Notes under the pieces: model-generated
The model's database searches: none
Seen by the model: only the letters and a program-made list of their open reading frames with translations
Told to the model about the DNA's origin: nothing
Shown here: positions 55,116 through 64,000 of the stretch, piece by piece
How positions within the stretch are numbered: the first letter of the stretch is position 1
Layout of the letters: each line of letters begins with the position of its first letter
DNA from: Minisyncoccota bacterium
GTDB taxonomy: Bacteria > Patescibacteriota > Minisyncoccia > Phycocordibacterales > UBA12088
DNA: 64,000 bases
Direction of reading: 5' to 3'
Assembly (NCBI GenBank): GCA_041920275.1
Contig: JAYRSE010000007.1
Coordinates: forward strand, 20,517 to 84,516
Program-made: the position numbers and the translations under genes

Positions 55116-58100
55116 CTACAGCCCCGCACCCACCGCACGAGCAAGCGTCGCTATCGTTTTCGCCGCACCCGGCTCCACACCCTTGCCACTTTGCAGCTCC
55201 GCACTCCTTGCTACGCTTTCGAGCACCACTTTCGCACTGATCACATTTCCTTTTCCACTCTTTTTGTAGAGCTGCTGTGCGAGCGTCACCCGCGCCAGGA
55301 ACCACGTCTCGAGCGACGTTGCCATCTTCGCGTCCCGTATCGCTTCACGCAAGCCGACAAAGGAAACCTCATATGCCATCCATGGCTCAAAGACCTCCCC
55401 GGAGGCAAGTGTGCGGTCCACATCACCATCACCGTCGTAGTCGTAGGCAAGCTTCGGCTCCCCACCCTCCTCCACGAAGAGCGAGCCCCTCGAAACGGCA
55501 CGGACCGGAACCCGGTGCCAACGATACGGCACCATGTGATTCCCGCCCTCGTACTTATCGATCTCGAGCGTAAACTCACCCTCATCCGTACCGTCAAGCG
55601 CGAGCTCGACCGGATCCGAGGAAAGAACCGCTCCGGCGTACTTCACATCCGCCCATTCTTCGTAATAACTGTTCGGTATCTCCGCCTCGTAGTACCTGCC
55701 AAGGTCGGTCGGCGACTCACCGGTCACGCCGGTGTGCTTTCCACCACCACCATACAGGTGTATGTCGACCGGCGAATACACTCGCGCCTCGAAGCGCGGC
55801 GGTCGCTCCGTCTCCATGGTCGTGCTCAGGTGGAGTGGCACGTTCGGTAACCCCTTCAGGACCACCTGCTCGATGAGCACCTGCGCCGGTGTTGTCGACA
55901 GTATGTTTCCATGTGCGTGATTCTCCTGCGTGAACTCGTTGTACCTCCGCATGTTGAGGTAGTATGTTTCATCCGCTTCCCCGCTCTCCGCCGATCTCGC
56001 GAGCACCGTTCCGTCTCCATCCATGTTTGCCAACCATTCGGTGCGGAGCGACTTGAGCGTGGTACCCGAGCTCGTACGCCTATCGTAGGCACTGTATGCG
56101 ATACCGCGCGGTGTCCATAAGCCCGCACCCACCATCTGCACCACACGTACGCCCGCGGGGGCTTTCCACGTGTCCACGCCCGCATGCATCGCGGTACTTG
56201 AAGCAAGAAGTGGGGCGTTCAGCAGGTTTGGGTGCAGGTACCCCAAGGTCGAGAGCTCAGAGCGTGTGCCAAGCTCGCCGATGAGAAATTTGCGTAAATC
56301 CTCGTGCGCTGTGATGTTCCTGCCCGCCATGTCTTGCATAAGCGGAAGCGTGCGCACATTTTCAGACGCTTCCACGACCGGCTCCGTGAGGAGTGTCATC
56401 AAGTGTGGCGAGGGCAAAAGACCGTATGCGCCCGGCATATCCACGACCACATCGCGCAGCGTTTGCTGTGCGGGCATGTCCATGCCGTGGAGCATCTCGC
56501 GTAGCGCTTTCGGCGTACCCGCCTGCGGAGAAGCCACCAACACCAATGCGTCGATCTTCCCAAGGAGCGGATGGTCCGTCGCTTCAAGATACCTGAGCAA
56601 GTTCTTCGCGACCAGTCCGCCATTGCTGTGCGCCACGATCGTGACCTTTCCCGTGGGTGAACGTTCGGCAAGCCCCGTAAGCTCGGAAAGCAAGAACGGC
56701 ACCGCACCTTCTCCCTCCGTGGGGAGCGGGGTAACGTACGACACTCTGCCTTCACCCAAGTCGCGCCCGTGCAGAAAGAGCTCATCCGTCGCCAAACGCC
56801 AATCGTACGGAAGCGCTTTCCATTCTTTGAGCGTACCTTCCGTAACGAGGTCGTTCATAAAACGGATCCACCCGCCATACGCGTCCCCAAAAGAGCCGAG
56901 GCCGTCCACGGGGCGGATCTCGTCGATCACATCCCTTGTGTAGAGCGCGGTACTTTGGCTTGTGCCATCCTCGCGCATCGCAAGCGTGAGGATGTCTCCC
57001 GCAAGCACGCTCTCCCACCGCTTCTGCTCTTCCCCCTCTCCGTTCGCCGTGTACAACCTACTCCCCATGATGCCGGGCAGAAATGCTACCGAGGATACCG
57101 CGTCATCGGGCTCCCCGCCGACTCCATATGGCAAACCCTTGCCGTCGTTGTACAGCATCGCGACCTCTTCCGCGGTCAGTGCGCGGTTCCACACACCGAC
57201 TTCGTCGACAAGACCATCAGTATACCGCGGAAGAATATTCCCGTTACCATCCCGAAATCTTCCAATTTCAAAAAAAGAATTTTCGATTCCATGTGCATCA
57301 CCGAAATCAACACCAGTACTTCCCACCAGTAAGCCATTTATATACAATTTCGCCTTTTGTGTTCCTGGGTCTACAACAGCTACAACATGATGGAATGATA
57401 GTGCAATGTCTTGTACGGGGAAAATTACAACATATTCGGAATTAGAGGCATAGTACAATCTCAAGATGTTCGTTCCATTATCATGAACGTAATCGATATT
57501 AAAATATGTCCCACGATTCTCAGATTTTACCCACCGTGAGAGTATGGTATAGAAGTTATCATTGCTTGGATAATTATTTAGACGCACCCAAAATGAATAT
57601 GAGAATGGAGCACTTGAACTCTCTGCTTCCATATCAGATTGATTTGCTGCCAAGTAAGAATGTTCTGCGGCGCGCAATTCAAGCGCCCTGTTTTGTACTC
57701 CCGAGCTTGAATGAGCATTCATGGATTGCAGATCACCTCCTCCGTGAACATCCTCTCGTACTCCGCTCTCCTCATCCATCGGCCAATACGACACCAAGCC
57801 ATTCAGCAACTCCTCGCTCGCACTGATCGCATCCGGTTGCTCACCCCCAGGCCCATCACCCTCGAAAAACGGCACATCTTCTGAAAATGTCGGCCCGTTC
57901 TCAGGGATCAAATGGTTGCCGTTCGGCGAGAGGTCATTGAAATCGTTTTCCATCCGCCAATAGCCCTCCAATCCCGGCTCACTGCCCGTAAGCACCCTCC
58001 GCATGTCCCGCCGTATCTCCTCCCCAGTCCGCGCAACCGACCATACCCGCACTTCGTCAATGAGGCCGTCAAAGAATCCGCCCGTCTTCGACCCCACACT

Positions 58101-58622
58101 CGTTGCACCGATCCTAAACGGAATATCACTTTCATGAATACTGTTTGGTGCCCCCTCAATTCTACCCAAGGACAAACCGTCGAGATAGAACTCAACCGTG
58201 CCACTACTCGCGGAATAAACCCCCGCAAGGTGGTGCCACTCTCGAACCGGTATGGCATGGTCAAGAGAAATCCATTTATGCGAACTGCCATCTGATATGA
58301 GCACATTTATCTGTCCGGCATGCTCCGCATTGAGCGAGAGTGCATAACTTCGCTTATCTGAACCGGCATCACCATCATATTTTCCGACAACAACCATATC
58401 CCGTTCAGTTTCCGCACTAACCTTGATCCACGCTTCCAATGTACTATCCGAGGCAACATCGAGACCTTGCTCACAGCAATCCCGCACTTCCAAGTAGGTA
58501 CGGTTTGCGGCAATGAGTTCGGAAGAAGTTGCATTTGATGCTGCGTACATGTGGGTCGGACTGATGCTCCACAACAGCGCAAGTACGTACAATAATTTAT
58601 TTCTGTGAGTTTCCAGAAACAT
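55116..58622 (-). CDS. 1168-aa secreted multidomain protein: two LamG/ConA-like lectin domains plus an alpha/beta-hydrolase (LCAT/PGAP1-like lipase, GxSxG = AHSNGG) plus a C-terminal region
   Basis: Signal peptide MFLETHRNKLLYVLALLWSIS. Two LamG blocks with LDGLSLGRIEG and LVDEVGVWNRALTAEEV. Then KVTIVAHSNGGLVAKNLLRYL. Confidence 0.7.
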   Translation of the reverse strand: MFLETHRNKLLYVLALLWSISPTHMYAASNATSSELIAANRTYLEVRDCCEQGLDVASDSTLEAWIKVSAETERDMVVVGKYDGDAGSDKRSYALSLNAEHAGQINVLISDGSSHKWISLDHAIPVREWHHLAGVYSASSGTVEFYLDGLSLGRIEGAPNSIHESDIPFRIGATSVGSKTGGFFDGLIDEVRVWSVARTGEEIRRDMRRVLTGSEPGLEGYWRMENDFNDLSPNGNHLIPENGPTFSEDVPFFEGDGPGGEQPDAISASEELLNGLVSYWPMDEESGVREDVHGGGDLQSMNAHSSSGVQNRALELRAAEHSYLAANQSDMEAESSSAPFSYSFWVRLNNYPSNDNFYTILSRWVKSENRGTYFNIDYVHDNGTNILRLYYASNSEYVVIFPVQDIALSFHHVVAVVDPGTQKAKLYINGLLVGSTGVDFGDAHGIENSFFEIGRFRDGNGNILPRYTDGLVDEVGVWNRALTAEEVAMLYNDGKGLPYGVGGEPDDAVSSVAFLPGIMGSRLYTANGEGEEQKRWESVLAGDILTLAMREDGTSQSTALYTRDVIDEIRPVDGLGSFGDAYGGWIRFMNDLVTEGTLKEWKALPYDWRLATDELFLHGRDLGEGRVSYVTPLPTEGEGAVPFLLSELTGLAERSPTGKVTIVAHSNGGLVAKNLLRYLEATDHPLLGKIDALVLVASPQAGTPKALREMLHGMDMPAQQTLRDVVVDMPGAYGLLPSPHLMTLLTEPVVEASENVRTLPLMQDMAGRNITAHEDLRKFLIGELGTRSELSTLGYLHPNLLNAPLLASSTAMHAGVDTWKAPAGVRVVQMVGAGLWTPRGIAYSAYDRRTSSGTTLKSLRTEWLANMDGDGTVLARSAESGEADETYYLNMRRYNEFTQENHAHGNILSTTPAQVLIEQVVLKGLPNVPLHLSTTMETERPPRFEARVYSPVDIHLYGGGGKHTGVTGESPTDLGRYYEAEIPNSYYEEWADVKYAGAVLSSDPVELALDGTDEGEFTLEIDKYEGGNHMVPYRWHRVPVRAVSRGSLFVEEGGEPKLAYDYDGDGDVDRTLASGEVFEPWMAYEVSFVGLREAIRDAKMATSLETWFLARVTLAQQLYKKSGKGNVISAKVVLESVARSAELQSGKGVEPGAAKTIATLARAVGAGL

Positions 58623-58815
58623 ATGATGTGGTTTTTACTTAGTAAATTTTGATACATACTATCACGCAATAATGAAGTGAGGGTAGCGGTGCTATGTGGG
58701 TATCAAACCAAAGTCGAATACACCTGAGCGGTCTGCGCCCCCAACATAACGATCGCTGATATTTTCTACAGCGACATCAGCGCAGCATTGCCCTTGGCAT
58801 CCATGTGCCGTATGC

Positions 58816-60099
58816 TTGAATCACTTTCAAAAACGCATGGGATCGATACGAGAAAAAATATATCAACTCCTTCGCCGAAGCGAGAAATACACCAAAACAG
58901 ACATGGTCTACCTGGTGCGCGGCGGCACCTGGCTCGGTGTCGGACAAGTCTTGACCACGCTTCTAAGTTTCACGCTCACGGTCGCACTTGCGCATTTCCT
59001 TGCAAAGACCGAGTACGGCGACTATCGGTACGTACTTTCCGTATTTGCTATCCTCAGCGCCTTTACCCTCACCGGCATCAGTACTGCCATTGTACAGTCC
59101 GTTGCACACGGCTACGAGGGGGCACTGCGCCAAGGCGTACGCCTCACCGTGCGCTGGAGCATGCCTGCAGTCACACTCTCCCTCATTGGCGCCGGCTACT
59201 ACGCATGGCGTGGTAACTTTTTTCTTGCGTCTTCACTCATGCTGGTGGCATGCATCATGCCCCTCATCCACACCTTCGGTCTCTATGCAAGCTACCTCAA
59301 CGGGAAAAAGGATTTCAAACGCCTGAGTTTCTATAACTTCATAGACAATGCGGTGCCCATCATCGCAGTGCTCTGCTCCCTCATCTTCACCACGAACGTC
59401 CTTGTGCTCCTCGTTGTGTACTTTGCCTCAAGCACCCTTGTCGGTCTCGCTATGTACATCCGCACACTCGTGCACTACAAACCTGTCCAAAACGAGGACC
59501 CGGGACTGAAACGCTACAGCAAACGCCTGAGTCTTCTCAATATCGTTTCACTTGTCACCCAGCACGTGGACAAGGTTATCGTGTACACCACAATCGGCAG
59601 TATCGAACTTGCGATCTACGGCTTTGCGATAGCCTTCCCCGACCAGATACGTGCACTCCTCAAGAACCTCACCACGCTCATGGTACCGAAACTTGCCGAG
59701 CCGTCGCGGGCGCACGCACGTCTCGAGATAGGTCGAAAAACCCTCCTCTTGGGAGGAGGGCTTGTCGTCATAACGCTAGCATATATCGGGGTCGCGCCAT
59801 TCTTGTACCAGATATTCTTCCCTCAGTACGCCACCGAGTCGGTCGGCTACTCAAGAATACTGGCACTCATGATACTCTCATCACTCGTGGTCATCCCGAC
59901 CGCATACTTCACGGCGCGCAAGGAAGAAACAAAACTCGCATCCGCAACTATCGGCAGTTCCCTGGCACAGCTTGCGATACTCTGGCCAGCGGCACACTAC
60001 GGGGGGCTCACCGGTGTCTGTGTTGCACGCGTCCTCTCATCCTTCGTGATGACGGGTATTTCATACCGCCTGCTGCGCGATTGTCTGCAGAAAAAGTAG
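58816..60099 (+). CDS. Wzx-like oligosaccharide flippase (MOP superfamily polysaccharide biosynthesis protein)
   Basis: About 12-14 TM. N-terminus typical of polysaccharide biosynthesis exporters. Confidence 0.7.
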   Translation: MNHFQKRMGSIREKIYQLLRRSEKYTKTDMVYLVRGGTWLGVGQVLTTLLSFTLTVALAHFLAKTEYGDYRYVLSVFAILSAFTLTGISTAIVQSVAHGYEGALRQGVRLTVRWSMPAVTLSLIGAGYYAWRGNFFLASSLMLVACIMPLIHTFGLYASYLNGKKDFKRLSFYNFIDNAVPIIAVLCSLIFTTNVLVLLVVYFASSTLVGLAMYIRTLVHYKPVQNEDPGLKRYSKRLSLLNIVSLVTQHVDKVIVYTTIGSIELAIYGFAIAFPDQIRALLKNLTTLMVPKLAEPSRAHARLEIGRKTLLLGGGLVVITLAYIGVAPFLYQIFFPQYATESVGYSRILALMILSSLVVIPTAYFTARKEETKLASATIGSSLAQLAILWPAAHYGGLTGVCVARVLSSFVMTGISYRLLRDCLQKK

Positions 60100-60119
60100 T
60101 AGCGAGTGCCGGCAGATGC

Positions 60120-61796
60120 CTACTTCGGCACCATATACTTGTCTTGATATCGTTCGTACTCCCACGTCTTCCATGGCATGAAGTCGAAGATGTCGGTGTG
60201 TGTGTCCATGGTCCCCGCGCTCAAGGGCGCCTGCTCATACACAACCACATGGTCAAACTCGTTCGCACATTCTTGCGTATACTGCGACCTCTCTCTTAGA
60301 TACGTCACATCCAAAAGTTCTACACCGTTCGGCGGTTCACTTTCGAGCAGTTGGGTCCACGTGGTCGCTTCGCGCTCCACCGGGGTCAAGAACCTATGGT
60401 ACGCCTCGTAAGTGTGCGGATGACCGAGCGGTCCGTGCTGTACGACCAATACTTCTGTACCGGGGTCTTCCTGTTGCCATGCAAGAATACTTGCGACAAC
60501 CCGCTTGTCCGGCGGACCGGCAAGCATCATACGCTCACGACCAATCAGATAGTACCCATTCACAAGAGATGCCACGATGCCCGTAACCACAATGAGTTTG
60601 TATCCCCACATGCGTAGACCACCCCGTGCGTGCAGATGCGCAAACAATCCCACTCCAAAGACTAAGAGGAGAGCGACAGTGGGCAACATGTACCTGCTTA
60701 CGTGCTGTGTGGGAATGCTGAATACAAGATAGTGTGTAAGTGCGGGCAACACAATCACCGGAACCCATAGCTGTTCGCGCCACCAGAGACGTGGCAACCG
60801 GTAGATGACATACGCGAACGCAACAACCAGCGCATGCATACTACTGAGTATGACGAGCGCATACGGTACCAACGAGTTTGTTACACCACCGACCGAGGTC
60901 ACATCAAGAATAGCACCCAGGTCGTCCAACGGCTCACCAATCCCTACCATACCAAGCATGCGTATGAACGCATAGGGATGCCAAAACACAACAAGCGCAC
61001 AGCCCGCACCATAGAGTGCCCCAAACCATGCAAACTCCTTCAAGCGTGCCACATCTTTCTTCAAGATCCATACCGCCAAGAGTGGTATCCACATCACCTG
61101 GTACATAATAGGCAGGTAGCTCACCCCGAAGGATATGATTCCCAAGATAACACTTGCGATCCAATACCGCTTGCGCCCCTCTGCTTCATAGATACGAAGC
61201 GCGCAGTACAACTGCCACAACAGCACCGTAACCACGACGACCCAATGTTTGAACAGTGCACCATAGGAAAAGTAGAGGTAGTTTGTGGCAAGCAACCCTG
61301 TGGCAAGCCACGGCAACCAAGGCGCACCGCTCGGATTCAGAGTGCGGGTGTGAAAGAGTGTGAACATGGCAATCAACCCGGCAAAACTTATGAGCGCCGC
61401 GATCACACGCAAAAGCACAATTACTCCACCCCAGTCCCACAGCAAAAAATCACGGTACTCGGCGGGACTACGTATCCCATGCCACACAGCTTCCGCGACA
61501 AGGTCACCAGCTATTGCAGGTAAAGCAACGACCGAGAGTATCGGACCATAATATACGGATGTCTCGTTCCTCAGGCCGAGCGGGTTCATGTCCCGCAACA
61601 TGAACAGCGCACCATACACCGGCGCTTGCTCATCTCCCACGTACGACATGTAGAGGGGTGTTTGTTGCGCCCCGTACGTGATGCTCCCCAAGTGGCCGAG
61701 GGCCCAAAGCCCTGCAAACACCACCACAAAGAGCACGTGTTGGTACCGCTTCACATACTGCACACACCCTGCAATGCTATGGCCACCGTGTTGCAT
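60120..61796 (-). CDS. GT-C fold membrane glycosyltransferase (ArnT/PMT-like), paralogue 1
   Basis: Multi-TM. ITYGAQQTPLYMSYVGDEQAPVYGALFMLRDMNPLGLRNETSVYYGP block shared with the paralogue. Start moved to MQHGGHS. Confidence 0.6.
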   Translation of the reverse strand: MQHGGHSIAGCVQYVKRYQHVLFVVVFAGLWALGHLGSITYGAQQTPLYMSYVGDEQAPVYGALFMLRDMNPLGLRNETSVYYGPILSVVALPAIAGDLVAEAVWHGIRSPAEYRDFLLWDWGGVIVLLRVIAALISFAGLIAMFTLFHTRTLNPSGAPWLPWLATGLLATNYLYFSYGALFKHWVVVVTVLLWQLYCALRIYEAEGRKRYWIASVILGIISFGVSYLPIMYQVMWIPLLAVWILKKDVARLKEFAWFGALYGAGCALVVFWHPYAFIRMLGMVGIGEPLDDLGAILDVTSVGGVTNSLVPYALVILSSMHALVVAFAYVIYRLPRLWWREQLWVPVIVLPALTHYLVFSIPTQHVSRYMLPTVALLLVFGVGLFAHLHARGGLRMWGYKLIVVTGIVASLVNGYYLIGRERMMLAGPPDKRVVASILAWQQEDPGTEVLVVQHGPLGHPHTYEAYHRFLTPVEREATTWTQLLESEPPNGVELLDVTYLRERSQYTQECANEFDHVVVYEQAPLSAGTMDTHTDIFDFMPWKTWEYERYQDKYMVPK

Positions 61797-61800
61797 GTTC

Positions 61801-63447
61801 TTATCGCAATCGCTCGTATCGAGGCATAAGCATGTCCCAATGCCACAACCTGAGTAGATTTTGGTCCATGTAGTCGAACTGGTTGATCTCGGGCTCCCGG
61901 GGAATGACGTGCATGAAAACTGCGTCGTACCCATCGATACTTCCCGGGTTGGGTCCGTACTCTTGTGGCCACACGTAGCGCACATTGAGTGGCTCCACAC
62001 CCTCCGGAAGAGCGGTCTCCATGATTGCTTTATACAGATTGGTGTCTTGCCTTCCCCGCTTTTCAATATACGCCGCGTACGCCTCTTTGGTGTGCACGTG
62101 CCCGAATATGTACCCCTGAATCAGCGCGACCGGTGTATCGGATGTTTTCTGTGCCGCAAGAATTTCAGGCAGTACCACGTGCTCCGCTGGGCCCCGAGCG
62201 TATATGCTCATCCACCGTGCGATGTGTATTCCGTGATACAGCGCATAGAGAATGAACAACCCGGAGAGCACGATACCCGCCTTGGTAAGTCCAGGAGTCT
62301 GTTGGCGATACTGCATCCACGCAACAATCGTTGCAAGAAGTAGCATGAGTATCACCGGCAACATGTACCGACCTTCGTGATGAGCGGAAGGTGCGAAGAG
62401 AAGGAGTGTGGTGATGGTGACAGCACCAAACATCCAAAGCCATGCAACATGCTTGCGCAAACCCGCACGGGAAAGCACATAGAGCAGTACGCCAAAAGCA
62501 AGCACAAGAGGCGCGTGATTGAGTAATATTTCAGTGCCGTAATACCCCCACGAGGATGCCCCACCCGCGAGAGGATTTTGCGTTGTTCCCAGACCCCCCG
62601 CAGTTCCACTATTTAAACCAACGAAACCAAGTAATCTAAAAAATGCGTACGGATGCCACCACAAGACGAGCGCGCATCCTGCCGTGAAGCCCATTGCATA
62701 GCGATAGAGATGACGTCGCACAACCGTTTCGCCCGCACGCCACAATGTGAATGCGATTGGCAAAAATGCAACCATGTACATCGCACTGATGTAGCTTATT
62801 CCAAAACTTGCCACGGAAAGTGCGCCATGCATCCACCACAAAAAAGCCCGCTTTCCTTCCGTTTCTTTAATACGTATTGCAAGATACAGTTGCGCAAAGA
62901 GAATTACGAGTACAAAAAGCCAGTGTTTGAAAAAGTGGGAATATTGAAAATAGTAGTAATTCAGCGCCACAAGCCCAACACCAAATAATGCATAGCGTTG
63001 CACGCCAAGAGGGTTGAGTGTCTTGGTCATAAAGAGCAGATACAAAATGTACAGACCGAGCACAGACGCAAGCACGCTTGTAAGGCGTATCCCTACTACT
63101 ATTCCACCCCAATCCCACAAGATGCTGTCGCGATACGCTTCCGCCGAACATGCTTTTTCGCTGACACACTTATATACAAAATCCCCTACCACCGCAGGCA
63201 GAGCAAGTGTAGCAAATACTGGGCCGTAGTAGAGCGTGGTTACATTGCGAAGTCCGAGAGGACTCTTCTCCTGAAGCATGTGTAGTGCACCATTTACCGG
63301 CGACTGCTCATCGCCCACATAGGATTGATGTAAGGGAAGCTCGCGCGTGCCATAGGTGATGCCCACTGTATGGAGCGCTAGCCATCCGAAAACAAGAGTC
63401 CCCAGCAAGATCCTCTTCTTAAAAATTCCCATTACTTCTTTTTGCAT
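61801..63447 (-). CDS. GT-C fold membrane glycosyltransferase (ArnT/PMT-like), paralogue 2
   Basis: ITYGTRELPLHQSYVGDEQSPVNGALHMLQEKSPLGLRNVTTLYYGP. Collinear with paralogue 1. 4-nt intergenic spacing. Confidence 0.6.
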   Translation of the reverse strand: MQKEVMGIFKKRILLGTLVFGWLALHTVGITYGTRELPLHQSYVGDEQSPVNGALHMLQEKSPLGLRNVTTLYYGPVFATLALPAVVGDFVYKCVSEKACSAEAYRDSILWDWGGIVVGIRLTSVLASVLGLYILYLLFMTKTLNPLGVQRYALFGVGLVALNYYYFQYSHFFKHWLFVLVILFAQLYLAIRIKETEGKRAFLWWMHGALSVASFGISYISAMYMVAFLPIAFTLWRAGETVVRRHLYRYAMGFTAGCALVLWWHPYAFFRLLGFVGLNSGTAGGLGTTQNPLAGGASSWGYYGTEILLNHAPLVLAFGVLLYVLSRAGLRKHVAWLWMFGAVTITTLLLFAPSAHHEGRYMLPVILMLLLATIVAWMQYRQQTPGLTKAGIVLSGLFILYALYHGIHIARWMSIYARGPAEHVVLPEILAAQKTSDTPVALIQGYIFGHVHTKEAYAAYIEKRGRQDTNLYKAIMETALPEGVEPLNVRYVWPQEYGPNPGSIDGYDAVFMHVIPREPEINQFDYMDQNLLRLWHWDMLMPRYERLR

Positions 63448-64000
63448 ACTGCCAAGATAGAGACTCCGAGAGGAAACGAAACATAGCGAAGGAGCTTAAT
63501 TTCAAGGGAAAATATTTTATATAGCAACAAATTAACAAAACCATTCCTCGGCTTGTACTCATCAACAACCTTGTGTCGTATTACCCTTGTCAAAAGCCGT
63601 GTTGCAAGAATAGGAAAAAATAGAATGGAGTTAAAATAAGAAAATTTTTGGATCGAGAATCCACCACTTTCAAGAGTTCTTCGAAACATTCTTTTTGTAT
63701 ACCGCCTCTTGTGTTGACTCACATCATCTGTCTCACCCCACAAAATCATAAGTGCAGGTACAAACAATATTGCAACACCTCCTGGCTTTAAAATTCTATA
63801 AATTTCTCGTGCTCCCAGAGTATCATTGTCAATATGCTCAAGCACATCAAGGCAAACCACGACATCAAAATAATTATCTTCAAAAGGAATGCTCGTTACA
63901 TCGCCAATCTGCACATTTTGCAAGCCCCTTTCGTGACAAAATTTTACTGATTCTTCTGAAAAATCTACTCCATACACGACACCCTTTTCACTGAGTTCAT
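63432..64000 (-). CDS. class I SAM-dependent methyltransferase (partial; N-terminus beyond the window end)
   Basis: VVVCLDVLEHIDND and LKPGGVAILFVPA post-motif blocks of Methyltransf_11 type. AT-rich. Overlaps the start of paralogue 2 by 16 nt. Confidence 0.6.
   Translation of the reverse strand, partial: ELSEKGVVYGVDFSEESVKFCHERGLQNVQIGDVTSIPFEDNYFDVVVCLDVLEHIDNDTLGAREIYRILKPGGVAILFVPALMILWGETDDVSQHKRRYTKRMFRRTLESGGFSIQKFSYFNSILFFPILATRLLTRVIRHKVVDEYKPRNGFVNLLLYKIFSLEIKLLRYVSFPLGVSILAVCKKK

Overview
High-GC (by eye about 58-62%) bacterial chromosomal segment, gene-dense on both strands. Most large ORFs carry clear family signatures. I find no rRNA, tRNA or CRISPR array.

Housekeeping genes present: lexA (partial at the window start), pyk, ddl, uvrC, uvrA, uvrB, tgt, pth, lepB, rpsU, ybeY, ftsA, ftsZ, trxB, secA and murB. 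There is also an ABC exporter, a peroxiredoxin (Bcp), SppA, a secreted thermonuclease, a BdbC/DsbB-like plus thioredoxin-like disulfide-forming pair, a CaCA antiporter and a PIF1/RecD-like helicase.

Accessory content, in order along the window:
1. A RAYT (IS200-like HuH tyrosine transposase) gene bracketed by inverted copies of a 25-nt REP-like hairpin. A third copy sits in-frame inside the gene and a fourth solo copy lies about 37 kb away. The REP copies have rewritten the annotated ends of two neighbouring genes.
2. The most unusual region, about 32.96-40.70 kb, with visibly lower GC. It is a tightly packed plus-strand operon: a 62-aa Cys-rich peptide, an 887-aa protein with two ATP-grasp domains (the second Ddl-like), a PP-loop-like ATPase homologue, a third ATP-grasp enzyme, and a fold-type-III PLP decarboxylase joined to it by an ATGA overlap. 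A 45-aa zinc-ribbon micro-ORF follows. This looks like an uncharacterised ATP-grasp-based peptide or amide ligation pathway. It has partial analogies to carrier-protein (LysW/LysX, BtrI/BtrJ/BtrK) and graspetide logic but matches none of them.
3. An alpha-glucan gene set (GH15, GH57, GT4).
4. A repeated palindromic operator-like motif with core TCGACGTCGA, found 6 times and clustered upstream of a Lys/Ala-rich histone-like micro-gene.
5. A surface-glycan locus: Wzy-like/TPR protein, Wzx flippase, two tandem GT-C paralogues, a methyltransferase, and a 1168-aa secreted LamG-LamG-lipase protein with patchy AT-rich composition.
6. A HisRS-like paralogue with a degenerate catalytic core.

All calls are from reading the sequence and the supplied ORF translations. 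No database searches or computations were run.
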